Below the pieces are notes generated by a model. It was not told where the DNA came from. It was given only the letters and a program-made list of their open reading frames with translations, and did not search any database. Below, in pieces: positions 53,002-63,721 of a stretch of DNA of 64,000 nucleotides (positions within the stretch are counted from its first letter, which is position 1; each line of letters opens with the position of its first letter). The position numbers and the translations under genes are program-made. Origin of the DNA: Bacteroidales bacterium (lineage in GTDB: Bacteria; Bacteroidota; Bacteroidia; Bacteroidales; G3-4614); NCBI GenBank assembly GCA_036656055.1, contig JAVVOY010000002.1, positions 6,689 to 70,688 on the forward strand. The letters are read 5' to 3'.

Positions 53002-55655
53002 CTCCTCCCCGCTCCTATTACTAATTGTTTCACATCTTTTGTAAATTCAGTATTTGAGATCAATTCTTCAATAGTTATATGTATGCGATAACACCAGTTA
53101 TTATCTTTGTCCGAGGGATCATTTATTCTCTCTTCTGTCGGATTACGCCTGCGTAAAGCTTTATTTGAAGCCAAAATATCCTGTAATGGTAATATCGCAA
53201 GCATAGATGGCGAGTTAAAGTGTCTTATGATTATCTCTTTGCATATCTCAGGGTTGGGATCCTCTGGTGCATTACCTGAATGATTAAGAATATAGTTGTA
53301 ATAATATTGTGCGACTTCATGGTCATTAATCCACCAGAGACGTAACCCTGACATATCGTGGGTAGAGGTTGTACATACAGAAAGGTATTGATATGAATTG
53401 ACATCTGCTATCTTTATGTAGGGCTTTTTAGGCATCCTTTCAACTTCCAATGATAGTATTTGTAACTTCTCCATAACTTCTGGGACTGAAGCTGGAATCA
53501 TTCCAAGATCTTCTCCGCATACAAGCATATCAGTAGCAGATATAATTGCAGGTAGTTTTTCCATTGCCATCTCTTTCCAGAAATTATTGTGTCGGTGAAA
53601 GTAAAAGTCTTTATATATGCGGTCGAATGCCTCTCGTTGCTCCTTTGGCAATGATTTATATGAGTTACTTTTTGATGCTTCAATCCGCGGATGGTAATAT
53701 CCTGTTTTTTGTTTATCTTCTATAAAAAGAACATCTGTTAAGATAGTCTGTATCCCATTTATTAACGTAGCTCCTTTTGTTCCGGTATTTTTAATATTTT
53801 TAGCTGCTTTTAGTTGTGATGAATAGTCCTCTTTTACTGAATAATTAGTTTTACCTTTTGTGGCAAAGAAAACATCCTTAATTTCAATGGCATATTTATC
53901 AAAAGTATTATTAATAATACTATCTGTTATATATGGTTTTGTATGTTTATCGGGATTGAAATTGAATCCGGCAGATTTAATTTCATGACTTGATAGAGGA
54001 AGTGCCGGAACAAAATATCCCAAAAGTCCGCTGATTGTATCTGCAGGAATCGACCATATTCTGAAAAAACCAAGGACATGGTCAATGCGGTATGCATCAA
54101 AATATTGCGACATATTCTGTAATCGTGCGCACCACCATTCGTATCTGGTTTTCTGCATAATATCCCATCTGTAAGTAGGAAACCCCCAATTTTGTCCATC
54201 GGTAGCAAAATCGTCTGGAGGTGCGCCTGCTTGCATATTACAATCGAAAAGATTTGGATTTTGCCATACATCGGCACTGTACCTGTTAACACCTATCGGT
54301 ATATCTCCTTTAAACATAACGCCAATGCTATGAGCGTACTCGCGTACGGCAATCATCTGTTTGTGAAGGTGATATTGTAAAAAATAATAGTACCCAATCT
54401 CATTATATGAGGGTGAATCTTCTGCTGTTAGCCTTGAAATTTCAACAGTATTATATATAGCATATTCTCCCCAATTTTCAAAATTACTGGTTCCATATAT
54501 ATCTCGTAAGTGGCTGTATGCTGCATAGGGTATAAGCCATTCTTTATTATCCTCTGCAAATAAATTAAATTCATCGCTCTTAAGGTCTGTATATCCGCTC
54601 TCCTCATACAACTCTCTTAAATATCTCTCTTTCAATGTGATTACTTTGTCATAATCAATACATAGAAGAGCATTTAGCGCTTGTGCTTCACAAAGATATT
54701 TACGCATTTTGTCCTCGGTTTTCAATTTACCAACTTTTATAACATCGAGGTATAGAGGGTTAAGGGCAAATGACGAATTGGCACTATAAGGATATGAATC
54801 ATGCCATGAGTGCATATTTGTAGTGTCATTTATGGGGAGTAGTTGAACAAACCGTAATCCGACGTTATTTGCCCATTCTGCCATTAATTTTAAATCTGAT
54901 ATCTCTCCGACACCCCAACTTCTATTACTGCGAAGCGAAAAGAGCGGGATCACTACACCGGCTGCACGCCAGTCAGGAAATTCACATATTAGAACATCAT
55001 CCGTTATATTAATCTCTTCTCTGGGTTTATAGGGCGGAGTAATGAAATTTCTGTTATTACCACCTTCCCATGAAATAAACTCTTTGGATTCTCTGTCTAT
55101 CAGGATGTATTTATATTCTATATTTTTGGGTATATTTTTTAATGGAACGCTTATTTCCCAAATAGGATAGTGTTTGAATTTAAGTTCTAAGGCCTCTTTT
55201 ATGCTCCATTTTTCGTTTAAAAAATCTCCTGTGACGGCAATCGCAAGGTTTGCCGGAAGCATAGGTGCGTGCAAGTTAAATGTCAATGACTCTTCCGATC
55301 TGATATTACTGCAATATTGACGGTTGAATATTATTTTAAACGGCGATGTGTAGGCGTATGAGTTTTGGGGGAAACTCCTCCATTTGTCATAGTTATTTAC
55401 AGTGACTTTTCCGGAATTTATTATGAAGCGTCCTTCTCCCCACTCCTTCCGCAATATAATATTGCCGTTTTTTACTATGTATCCGTAACGCAAAGGGGCT
55501 TTACCTCTGTGTTTTATTGTGGTAAACCATTTGCTTTTACCATCGTAATCCATAGGTAATTCTGAAACTTTATCGCTGTCGCAATTATTGTTAATGGCAA
55601 CAAATAATTTTTCTCCGCTGTTTGGATAATATTCAATATTCAACTTTATATTCAT
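52998..55655 (-). CDS. malQ: 4-alpha-glucanotransferase (GH77) with N-terminal starch-binding-like domain
   Basis: The track ORF runs to 55700. An internal ATG at 55653-55655 (MNIKLNIEYYP...) is the more likely start. The C-terminal two thirds carry GH77 amylomaltase motifs (FRIDHVLGFFRIW, GEDLGMIP, STHD). Confidence 0.88.
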   Translation of the reverse strand: MNIKLNIEYYPNSGEKLFVAINNNCDSDKVSELPMDYDGKSKWFTTIKHRGKAPLRYGYIVKNGNIILRKEWGEGRFIINSGKVTVNNYDKWRSFPQNSYAYTSPFKIIFNRQYCSNIRSEESLTFNLHAPMLPANLAIAVTGDFLNEKWSIKEALELKFKHYPIWEISVPLKNIPKNIEYKYILIDRESKEFISWEGGNNRNFITPPYKPREEINITDDVLICEFPDWRAAGVVIPLFSLRSNRSWGVGEISDLKLMAEWANNVGLRFVQLLPINDTTNMHSWHDSYPYSANSSFALNPLYLDVIKVGKLKTEDKMRKYLCEAQALNALLCIDYDKVITLKERYLRELYEESGYTDLKSDEFNLFAEDNKEWLIPYAAYSHLRDIYGTSNFENWGEYAIYNTVEISRLTAEDSPSYNEIGYYYFLQYHLHKQMIAVREYAHSIGVMFKGDIPIGVNRYSADVWQNPNLFDCNMQAGAPPDDFATDGQNWGFPTYRWDIMQKTRYEWWCARLQNMSQYFDAYRIDHVLGFFRIWSIPADTISGLLGYFVPALPLSSHEIKSAGFNFNPDKHTKPYITDSIINNTFDKYAIEIKDVFFATKGKTNYSVKEDYSSQLKAAKNIKNTGTKGATLINGIQTILTDVLFIEDKQKTGYYHPRIEASKSNSYKSLPKEQREAFDRIYKDFYFHRHNNFWKEMAMEKLPAIISATDMLVCGEDLGMIPASVPEVMEKLQILSLEVERMPKKPYIKIADVNSYQYLSVCTTSTHDMSGLRLWWINDHEVAQYYYNYILNHSGNAPEDPNPEICKEIIIRHFNSPSMLAILPLQDILASNKALRRRNPTEERINDPSDKDNNWCYRIHITIEELISNTEFTKDVKQLVIGAGRS

Positions 55656-55769
55656 ATCTGTTTTTTTAAGATAGCAAAGAGACTGTCTTAATACGGACAA
55701 TCTCTTTGAATTTTTATTCAGGTATTCAAAAAATAGTTCTAAATATTAGAACATATATATTCTGTCCTT

Positions 55770-58304
55770 TTATCCACATTTTGAATATCCACAAACTGGA
55801 CATCTTAGACAACCTTCCTGATATATAAGCGTTTCTCCGCATTTAGGGCAATTTTGTCCCGCTGCTTTTGTCCCACTGGGGATATATTTTTTCAGTGCGC
55901 GCTCAACTCCGTTTTTCCATGTGTTTATCGACTCACTGTTTAGTTGCAGGCTTGATACAAGTTTCATAACCTTGTCTATTGGCATTCCATAGCGTAAAAC
56001 GCCAGAGATGAGTTTTGCATAATTCCAAAATTCAGGATCGAATTTCTCAGATAACCCCTCTACTGTAGTCTTGTACCCGCGTTTGTTGCGAAACTGAAAA
56101 TCATAGCGTTTGTTCCCGTCTTCATCTATTGCTTTGATTATCTTACCGTGTTCTACGCTCTTTGGTATAAGTAGTCCCTCTTCATCATCGGCAAGTCCGG
56201 TAAAGATTTCATATGGCCTACCATCTTGTAAACCGATGAATGCAATCCATTTTTCACGATTGTTTTGAAAACGTACAACATCAGCTTCAAGCTCTGTTGG
56301 ACGTTTTAACTCCATGTGTGGAATTTCGGCTTCATGCAACTCTTTCTTCTTTTTTTCGTCCATTGAGATAAGCACTCCTGAACGTGACCCTTCGCGATAT
56401 ACGGTACAACCTTTGCAGCCACTCATCCATGCCTCTACATAAAGATTATTTACCAACTCTTCGGATGCATCGGACGGCAGATTTATAGTTACGCTTATTG
56501 AGTGATCTACCCATTTCTGTACTTTACCTTGCATACGAACCTTTTGCATCCAATCCACATCATTTGAAGAGGCTTTATAATATGGCGATTTGGCAACTAA
56601 CTCTTCTATCTCTTCAGGTGCATATCGCTCTTTAATTTCGTATCCGCTAACCTGCATCCATGTCAAAAATTTGTGGTGAAAAACAGTGTACTCCTCAAAT
56701 GTATCGCCGTTTTCATCTGTAAAATCAACATGTGTATCCGTATCATTGGGGTTAACCTTGCGACGACGACGGTAAACCGGCATGAAAACAGGTTCGATAC
56801 CGGATGTTGTCTGGCTCATCATACTTGTTGTGCCGGTTGGGGCTATTGTGAGGCATGCAATATTGCGTCTGCCGTATTTTACCATATCGTTGTAAAACTC
56901 CGGGTCGGCTTTGCGCATGCGGTTTATGAAAGGATTATTTTCTTCTCTTTTTGCATCGTAAATTTCGAATGCTCCACGCTCTTTTGCCATCTCTACCGAT
57001 GATTTATACGCCGCCAAGGCTAATGCCTTATGTAAACTTTCAGAAAAATCTGTTGCTTCTATTGTCCCGTATTGTAATCCCAGAGCTGCTAACATATCGC
57101 CTTCAGCTGTTGTCCCTACTCCTGTCCTGCGACCTTTTAGTGTTTTACTCCTTATTTTCTCCCAAAGGCATTTTTCCGTATGTTTTACTTCATCAATCTC
57201 TGGATCGGCTATTATTTTATCCAAGATTTTTTGTATCTTCTCCATTTCGAGATCTATAATATCGTCCATTATACGTTGTGCAAGCCGTACATGGTTATTG
57301 AAAAGTTCGAAATCGAAATACGCATCTTTTGTAAATGGGTTTACTACATAAGAGTATAGATTTATGGCAAGTAACCGACAACTGTCATAAGGACATAACG
57401 GTATCTCGCCACATGGATTAGTGGATACTGTCTTAAAGCCTAAGTCTGCATAACAATCCGGGACAGATTCCCGTACTATTGTATCCCAAAAAAGGACTCC
57501 GGGTTCAGCTGATTTCCATGCATTATATACGATCTTTTTCCATATAGATTTTGCATCTACCTCTTTTGTAAAGATAGGGTTATCGGAGTCAACAGGATAT
57601 TTCTGTATAAATGGCTTGTCTTCGGTAACCGCTTTCATGAAATCGTCAGATATTCTTACTGATACGTTTGCGCCTGTTACTTTCCCTTCTATCATTTTAG
57701 CATCAATAAATGATTCTGAATCAGGATGTGCAATTGCTACGCTAAGCATTAGTGCGCCACGTCTTCCGTCTTGAGCTACTTCTCGTGTTGAGTTGGAGTA
57801 ACGTTCCATAAATGGTACAAGTCCAGTAGATGTTAGTGCAGAGTTCTTAACCGGCGAGCCTTTGGGTCGAATATATGACAGATCATGCCCAACACCGCCA
57901 CGGCGCTTCATAAGTTGCACCTGTTCTTCGTCTATTTTCATTATACCGCCATATGAGTCGGCATTACCTTCCATCCCTATAACAAAACAGTTTGAGAGCG
58001 ACCCAACTTGAAAATTGTTCCCTATTCCGCTCATAGGACTCCCTTGGGGCAATATATATTTAAAATTTCTAAACAAATCCATCAGCTGCTCTTCTGTTTG
58101 CGGATTTGGATACTTATTTTCTATTCTGACAATCTCTTTTGCTAATCGTCTGTGCATATCCTCAGGTGTCTTTTCAAAAATATTGCCAAAGGAGTCTTTA
58201 AGTGCATATTTATTTGCCCATACACGGGCTGCGAGTTCGTCGCCGTTAAAATACTCCAGCGTTGCCTTGACAACTTCATCGAAAGAGTAGGTCTTCTGAT
58301 TCAT
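55770..58304 (-). CDS. nrdJ: adenosylcobalamin-dependent (class II) ribonucleotide reductase
   Basis: 844 aa. RNR catalytic core motifs (LSNCF, NPCGEIPL, TIAPTGT) and a Cys-rich C-terminal tail (CPKCGETLIYQEGCLRCPVCGYSKCG) of the type found in many class II RNRs. Confidence 0.9.
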   Translation of the reverse strand: MNQKTYSFDEVVKATLEYFNGDELAARVWANKYALKDSFGNIFEKTPEDMHRRLAKEIVRIENKYPNPQTEEQLMDLFRNFKYILPQGSPMSGIGNNFQVGSLSNCFVIGMEGNADSYGGIMKIDEEQVQLMKRRGGVGHDLSYIRPKGSPVKNSALTSTGLVPFMERYSNSTREVAQDGRRGALMLSVAIAHPDSESFIDAKMIEGKVTGANVSVRISDDFMKAVTEDKPFIQKYPVDSDNPIFTKEVDAKSIWKKIVYNAWKSAEPGVLFWDTIVRESVPDCYADLGFKTVSTNPCGEIPLCPYDSCRLLAINLYSYVVNPFTKDAYFDFELFNNHVRLAQRIMDDIIDLEMEKIQKILDKIIADPEIDEVKHTEKCLWEKIRSKTLKGRRTGVGTTAEGDMLAALGLQYGTIEATDFSESLHKALALAAYKSSVEMAKERGAFEIYDAKREENNPFINRMRKADPEFYNDMVKYGRRNIACLTIAPTGTTSMMSQTTSGIEPVFMPVYRRRRKVNPNDTDTHVDFTDENGDTFEEYTVFHHKFLTWMQVSGYEIKERYAPEEIEELVAKSPYYKASSNDVDWMQKVRMQGKVQKWVDHSISVTINLPSDASEELVNNLYVEAWMSGCKGCTVYREGSRSGVLISMDEKKKKELHEAEIPHMELKRPTELEADVVRFQNNREKWIAFIGLQDGRPYEIFTGLADDEEGLLIPKSVEHGKIIKAIDEDGNKRYDFQFRNKRGYKTTVEGLSEKFDPEFWNYAKLISGVLRYGMPIDKVMKLVSSLQLNSESINTWKNGVERALKKYIPSGTKAAGQNCPKCGETLIYQEGCLRCPVCGYSKCG

Positions 58305-58360
58305 TTCTGCTTAATTAAATGTTTGTAAATATAAACAATATACATTTTAATGCAGTAATA

Positions 58361-58368
58361 CAAAGCTA
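58361..58368 (-). promoter_or_regulatory. Bacteroides-type -7 box (TAGCTTTG on minus strand) upstream of nrdJ
   Basis: The reverse complement of CAAAGCTA matches TAnnTTTG, 57 nt upstream of the nrdJ ATG. Confidence 0.4.
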
Positions 58369-58756
58369 ATATACATATAGCCATGTTACTACTGCCTAAG
58401 TTAGTTGTAAAATAAAAATTCTAAAAATTTTGTTTTTGGATTAAAGAGATAGAATTTTTTCTGTACTGCAAGTTTACGAATAAATTTTAATGCGCACAAA
58501 TATTAAACAATATTTTTATCAACTTTTTTGAAGTTTCCCGAAACTAAATGCTATATTCTTTATTATTAGCATTTTACGAATAATAATCTACTTAAAAGTT
58601 TTCCAAAATATAAATTGTTATCTGAAGTTGAATAAATAAATAAAAATTATTTTTCAATTATTCTCTATTTTAGGAATAAAGTATTTGATAATACAATTTT
58701 CTGTACATGTAAAATATAGCAGATAATTTGCTAATTTAGCACAAAATTTTGGAAAG

Positions 58757-59503
58757 ATGGAAATAAATGAACTTAAATATCGTAAGACAATAAGGAAGTA
58801 TTCAAACAGAGATATTTCAGAAAAGCTTTTAAATGAGCTGTTTGAAGTTGCTTGTCATGCTTCAACGACAGGAAATATGCAACTTTACAGTGTTGTTGTG
58901 ACAAGAGATGTAGAAAAAAAAGTGGCACTATCTCCAGCACACTTTAACCAGAAAATGGTTAAAAGTGCTCCTGTGATACTTACTTTTTGCGCAGATTTCA
59001 ATCGCTTTATAAAGTGGTGCGAATTCAGAAGTGCAAAACCCGAATATGGAAATTTTCAGTCTTTTCTTACCGCATTGTTTGATACGGTTATCTTTGCTCA
59101 GCAATTTTGTACTGCCGCCGAGTCTGAGGGTTTGGGTATATGTTATCTTGGGACGACAACGTATAATCCTGACCCTATTATTGATATTCTTAAATTGCCT
59201 AAAATGGTCATTCCGGTATTGACGGTTACATTAGGATATCCTGACGAAAATCCTCAGATGGTTGACAGGCTCCCGCTTTGTGGGATAATTCATAATGAGT
59301 ATTACAGAGAATACTCTCGGAATGATATTGATAATATATATAAATATAAGGAGGGGCTACCTGAAAATCATAAATTTATTGAGGAGAATGATAAAGCTAC
59401 TTTAGCTCAAGTTTTTACTGATGTTAGGTATACAAAAGATAATAATGAATTTTTCTCAAAAACTTTTCTTGATACTTTAAAAAGGCAGGGATTCAATTTT
59501 TAG
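58757..59503 (+). CDS. nitroreductase family NAD(P)H-dependent oxidoreductase
   Basis: 248 aa. R.T.RKY start region and overall nitroreductase-fold pattern (ASTTGNMQ, FAQQF, GLGICYLG). Confidence 0.75.
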   Translation: MEINELKYRKTIRKYSNRDISEKLLNELFEVACHASTTGNMQLYSVVVTRDVEKKVALSPAHFNQKMVKSAPVILTFCADFNRFIKWCEFRSAKPEYGNFQSFLTALFDTVIFAQQFCTAAESEGLGICYLGTTTYNPDPIIDILKLPKMVIPVLTVTLGYPDENPQMVDRLPLCGIIHNEYYREYSRNDIDNIYKYKEGLPENHKFIEENDKATLAQVFTDVRYTKDNNEFFSKTFLDTLKRQGFNF

Positions 59504-59532
59504 GAATAGCTTGGTTCACGGTACAATAAAAT

Positions 59533-59574
59533 GATACGGGGATGATTATTAGCATTAATAATCATCCCCGTATC
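59533..59574. terminator. bidirectional hairpin terminator between convergent nitroreductase and dnaA genes
   Basis: GATACGGGGATGATTATT-AGCA-TTAATAATCATCCCCGTATC, an approx 18-19-bp near-perfect stem placed 30 nt after the nitroreductase stop and 16 nt after the dnaA stop. Confidence 0.7.
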
Positions 59575-59589
59575 AAGTATTGTATGTAA

Positions 59590-60972
59590 TTATTTCCTTA
59601 GTGAAGCCTCTATATCGCTTACGTTCCCTTTTATGGTCTTATCCATCTCCATAAGATCTGCAATTGTTTTGCAAGCATGCAGCACAGTGGCATGGTCTTT
59701 CTTCCCGAGTATTGAGCCAATACGAGCTAAAGAATAATCTGTGTATTTTTTTGAAAGGTACATTGATATTTGGCGAGCTTGTACTATTTCGCGTTTACGC
59801 GACTTTGCCTGTAATGTCTTTATATCCATGTCGTAAAAACTACAAACTTTCTCTTGTATCAACTCTACGGTTATTTGCTTTTTTTCAATATTAACACTTG
59901 TAGAAAGTACTTTTTCTGCCAAATCAAGCGTAATCTCTCTGTTAAGAGCGGTTGCACGAAACATCAGTGAGGCGAGTACTCCCTCAAGATCACGTACATT
60001 ATCTGAGATGTTTTTCGCAATGAACTCTATTACATCATTAGATATAGGTAAGCCGTCTTGAACAATCTTATTCTTAAGAATATTACACCGCAATTCATAA
60101 TCAGGACGCTCAACTTCAGCCAGTAATCCCCATTTAAAACGGGATATAAGTCTAGGAAGGATTCCGCCCAAGGAAATAGGCGGTCTGTCAGCAGACAATA
60201 TAAGTTGTTTGTTGTTTTGGTGAAGATGATTGAATATATGAAAGAATGTATTTTGTGTCTGCGTCTTATCAGCAAGATCTTGAATATCATCTATCAGTAA
60301 TGTGTCTACACTCTGATAAAAATTGATGAAATCAGGGACAGTATTACTGCGGGTTGCGTTAACAAACTGAAGTTGAAAGAGGTGTGAAGATATGTAAAGT
60401 ACCCTATTTTTAGGGGTATTATCTTTTATCTGTTTCCCTATTGCCTGCATTAGGTGCGTTTTGCCTACACCAGACTCTCCGTGTATAAAGAGTGGATTAA
60501 AAGCAGTCTTACCCGGAGCTTGCGATATTGATAACCCTGCCGTACGTGCGAGCATATTGCTTGTACCTGGATAATAGTTGTCGAATCGATAGTTGGGGTT
60601 AAGTTGTGGATCAAGATCTTCATATACATTCTGCTTGAATATGTCAGGAATATTTTTTGAAAATTTTACTCCGTTATATTGTGCTTTTGCTGAAATATCT
60701 ACTGTTGCGACAGGTTCTTTTACAACACCTGCCCTATACATCAGTTTTATGTTGTCACCGTATACTCTGGATAAAACTTTTTCAATAAGATCAAGATAAT
60801 GTTCCTCAAGATACTCGCAAAAAAACTGCGAAGGTACACCTAAGGTAAGCATATCATTATTAAGGCTTAAGGCTGTAATCGGAGCAAACCAACTATTATA
60901 TGCTTTATCCCCGATATTGTCTCGTATTATTTCAAGACATTGATCCCATTTATTTATACTATCGACAACCAT
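59590..60972 (-). CDS. dnaA: chromosomal replication initiator protein DnaA
   Basis: The track ORF runs to 61026. The Met at 60970-60972 (MVVDSINKWDQCLEII...) is a plausible true start. AAA+ Walker A GESGVGKTHL, Walker B LLIDDIQ, and a C-terminal DNA-binding domain (KRREIVQARQISMYL...LARIG..LGKKDHATVLHA). Confidence 0.95.
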   Translation of the reverse strand: MVVDSINKWDQCLEIIRDNIGDKAYNSWFAPITALSLNNDMLTLGVPSQFFCEYLEEHYLDLIEKVLSRVYGDNIKLMYRAGVVKEPVATVDISAKAQYNGVKFSKNIPDIFKQNVYEDLDPQLNPNYRFDNYYPGTSNMLARTAGLSISQAPGKTAFNPLFIHGESGVGKTHLMQAIGKQIKDNTPKNRVLYISSHLFQLQFVNATRSNTVPDFINFYQSVDTLLIDDIQDLADKTQTQNTFFHIFNHLHQNNKQLILSADRPPISLGGILPRLISRFKWGLLAEVERPDYELRCNILKNKIVQDGLPISNDVIEFIAKNISDNVRDLEGVLASLMFRATALNREITLDLAEKVLSTSVNIEKKQITVELIQEKVCSFYDMDIKTLQAKSRKREIVQARQISMYLSKKYTDYSLARIGSILGKKDHATVLHACKTIADLMEMDKTIKGNVSDIEASLRK

Positions 60973-61307
60973 TTTTATTAAAAACTTTTCTTCTTTGCTA
61001 TTCAAAACTGTACAAAATTTGCACATCTTTTCCTAAAAAAAAAACGTGCTTTTTCTTGCTTTCTACTGTATTTTATATCAGCCTGATACATACAGTCTTA
61101 TACTGAGTCGTGTTTTTCATGTTTAAAAGCATAAACTTTATTATCACACGTTTGATTATCAGTAATATATATTACCATATAGTTGTGTCAAATTTAAATA
61201 GTGAAAATACGTTTACGTCCTTAAACACTTATGAAACCGAGCAATCTGCATGCCTAAATATTAGTTTATCATATATTGTTATTTAGAACGATTCTAAATA
61301 ACAAAAA

Positions 61308-62204
61308 CTATTTTTTCTTACCACCAAAAACAGAAAAATTGAGATAATTCTTTGGATTGCGTTTAATGTCAATAAGCAGTGAGTCTGCGCTTGATACAGT
61401 ATGTATAAGTTCATCGTATAGGCCTCTTTCGTTTAGTAGCAAACCTATTGTATTAGTATTACTGTTGATCTTTTCGGTTATCTCTTTAATATTTGTAAGT
61501 GCGCTGTCTGTTGTCATTGCTATCTCATTAATTTTTATCTGATCAAGCTGTGATGTGAATTTTTTTATATTTGTTGATGCGGTATCAATATTGTTGCTTA
61601 TAGAGTTCAAGTTGCCTGATGTAAACTTCGACAAATCATTCGTTGTAGATTCGAGATTTGCAGTAATATTATCTATCCGCTTCAATGACATTGCTAATTC
61701 GGGACTGTTGACAAATCCGTTAACACCAGTTAGTATACTGTCTATTTTAGGTATCATTGCAACTAATCTTGGGAGAATATCGTTGTTTATTGATGCCATC
61801 ATATCGTCACTCGTTAACCCCTGTATTGTGTCTCCTGAGACATAATATTCTGTTGATGTTCTGTCGATGTGGAGAGCTATAACAGCGGTTCCCAGAACGT
61901 CTACAACTAATTCGGCATAAGTCCCATGCGTAATATTTACGGATTTATTTAAATTGACCTCAACATTTATCTTGCCGCTAGTATAGTCATAGCTCATATC
62001 CTTTACAATTCCAACCTTATAGCCATCTACTTCCACAGGTGCTGAAAGAGTAAGTCCGTTAACTTTATCAAATGTAATATTATAGTAATTTGAAGGCCTC
62101 ATTATATTTATCCCTTTAAGATAATCTATGCCTATTATAAGTATTACTGCCGATATTATTACCGTTATTGCTATCTTAACCTTTTTTGAAAACATTTTAT
62201 CCAT
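61308..62204 (-). CDS. MlaD/MCE family protein
   Basis: 298 aa. N-terminal TM anchor, an MCE domain (GLTLSAPVEVDGYKVGIV) and a long helical C-terminus. No mlaE or mlaF gene is adjacent. Confidence 0.75.
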   Translation of the reverse strand: MDKMFSKKVKIAITVIISAVILIIGIDYLKGINIMRPSNYYNITFDKVNGLTLSAPVEVDGYKVGIVKDMSYDYTSGKINVEVNLNKSVNITHGTYAELVVDVLGTAVIALHIDRTSTEYYVSGDTIQGLTSDDMMASINNDILPRLVAMIPKIDSILTGVNGFVNSPELAMSLKRIDNITANLESTTNDLSKFTSGNLNSISNNIDTASTNIKKFTSQLDQIKINEIAMTTDSALTNIKEITEKINSNTNTIGLLLNERGLYDELIHTVSSADSLLIDIKRNPKNYLNFSVFGGKKK

Positions 62205-62223
62205 AACAGTACCACATTTATTG

Positions 62224-63480
62224 TCAATAACTTACTTTTATTCCATTTACAAAGTGAACTATAAAAGCATCCTTAAACTGTAATTTTATACGGGAAAGAT
62301 TTTTCCCTGCTTCGTCTTTGTTGCTAAAATCTCCAAACGTATACTTATAAAAACCTTTTTCTTTATAATAGTTTACCGGATGGAGACCTTTAAAGCGTGA
62401 TGATTTTGTATTTATCTGTTCAGGGGACGCCATTATCTGTATCTTATATACATTATTATTTTTAACTTTATTGTCATTAGTCTCATTGTTAGTATCTAAA
62501 ACTGAAACATTGGCTGTTTTAATTTCATCTGACACTTTCTGTTGTGATTCGGTTGTAATATTATTTGATGTATCCGATTTTTGTCTGTCTCCTCTCTTAA
62601 GGTTGGATTTATTCTTAGCTTGTCCTTGCGCCTCTTCTTTGGATGATACATTGTCGGCTTTTGTACTCTCATGCGAAATTTTTACTTTTCCATTCTGTTT
62701 ACGCACCCAATCTGATTTGTAATCACAAAAAGCATTATAAATAGACTCTGTGATTTTCTCTCTGCCTGATTCTGAACTCAGATAAGCCTCCTCGGTTTTA
62801 TTGGAGATGTAGCCTACCTCTATTAGTATGCTGGGCATTCCTGTTGCACGTAACACCCAAAATCCGGCTTGTCTTACTCCGCGATCACTCCTACCGGCAT
62901 TACCTTCAAACTGATTTTGCACTAATGAGGCGAGGTTTATACTCTGTTCGAGATTTGTTCCTTGCATAAAATCGAACATTATATACGACTCAGTTGATGT
63001 AGGATCGAAGCCTTCGTATTTTGTATTATAATCGCTCTCCAACAGAATTACTGAGTTTTCGCGTTTTGCAACCCTCAGGTTCTCTTCCGTTCTTGCAAGA
63101 CCAAGCGCATATGTTTCAGTACCATAGGCCGATCTCGACTGAGCGGCATTAGTGTGAATTGAGATGAAGAGATTGGCGTGATTACGGTTGGCTATTCTAG
63201 CTCGTTCAGCTAACTCTATAAACGTATCTGTGCTCCTTGTATATATCACCTTAACATCGGGATGATTTTTCTTTATTAACTCTCCTAGTTTTAGTACTAT
63301 ACCAAGGTTTATATCTTTCTCTTTTGTCTGTTTTCCTATCGCTCCCGGATCTTTTCCTCCATGCCCGGCATCAAGCACAAGAGTAAATCTTTCTACTGCG
63401 TATATACTGCAAGGTAGTATTGAAATGAGTGTTACGGCAATAAAAATTGTGATAACTAATATATCCTTATACCGATTCAT
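62224..63480 (-). CDS. N-acetylmuramoyl-L-alanine amidase (Amidase_3) with C-terminal SPOR domain
   Basis: 418 aa. LDAGHGGKDPGA and SIHTNA amidase_3 motifs, a low-complexity linker, and a C-terminal SPOR-like region (YKIQIMAS...YKYTFGDFSNKDEA). Confidence 0.85.
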   Translation of the reverse strand: MNRYKDILVITIFIAVTLISILPCSIYAVERFTLVLDAGHGGKDPGAIGKQTKEKDINLGIVLKLGELIKKNHPDVKVIYTRSTDTFIELAERARIANRNHANLFISIHTNAAQSRSAYGTETYALGLARTEENLRVAKRENSVILLESDYNTKYEGFDPTSTESYIMFDFMQGTNLEQSINLASLVQNQFEGNAGRSDRGVRQAGFWVLRATGMPSILIEVGYISNKTEEAYLSSESGREKITESIYNAFCDYKSDWVRKQNGKVKISHESTKADNVSSKEEAQGQAKNKSNLKRGDRQKSDTSNNITTESQQKVSDEIKTANVSVLDTNNETNDNKVKNNNVYKIQIMASPEQINTKSSRFKGLHPVNYYKEKGFYKYTFGDFSNKDEAGKNLSRIKLQFKDAFIVHFVNGIKVSY

Positions 63481-63658
63481 ATTTATATTTTCCAGAATAA
63501 TTAATCCTTCAGCAAAGATAGGGAATATATTTTAAAACATATAGTATTTACAGATTGAATTACTGAGTGAGGAATTAGATTTATATCGTATCTTATAGGA
63601 GATTATTGTTTATGTTATTTAATGGTTAATGATCTATTAAATAAGTTTGAAATATTGA

Positions 63659-63666
63659 TACCTTTG
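63659..63666 (+). promoter_or_regulatory. Bacteroides-type -7 box (TACCTTTG) upstream of the last (partial) gene
   Basis: TAnnTTTG match 56 nt upstream of the ATG at 63722. Confidence 0.4.
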
Positions 63667-63721
63667 CACTTGAAATATATAGAGTTTATTAAGTTTGTTA
63701 TCTATTAAAAATGTTTTTGAT

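Noticed and set aside
55770-55793. A perfect DnaA box TTATCCACA (55770-55778) and a near-perfect ATATCCACA (55785-55793), 15 bp apart, about 70-90 bp upstream of the track ORF's malQ start.
   Set aside because: Both lie in the last codons of nrdJ and are a by-product of encoding CGYSKCG-stop (TGTGGATAT...TGTGGATAA) on the minus strand. A single perfect 9-mer is expected about 0.5 times by chance in 64 kb on both strands. No further boxes or AT-rich unwinding element are adjacent.
58305-58400. Possible cobalamin riboswitch or NrdR boxes in the nrdJ 5' region.
   Set aside because: No B12-box-like GC-rich core is present, and the leader from the promoter box to the ATG is only about 57 nt. B12 riboswitches normally control B12-independent RNRs, not nrdJ. 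I saw no convincing tandem NrdR-box palindromes.
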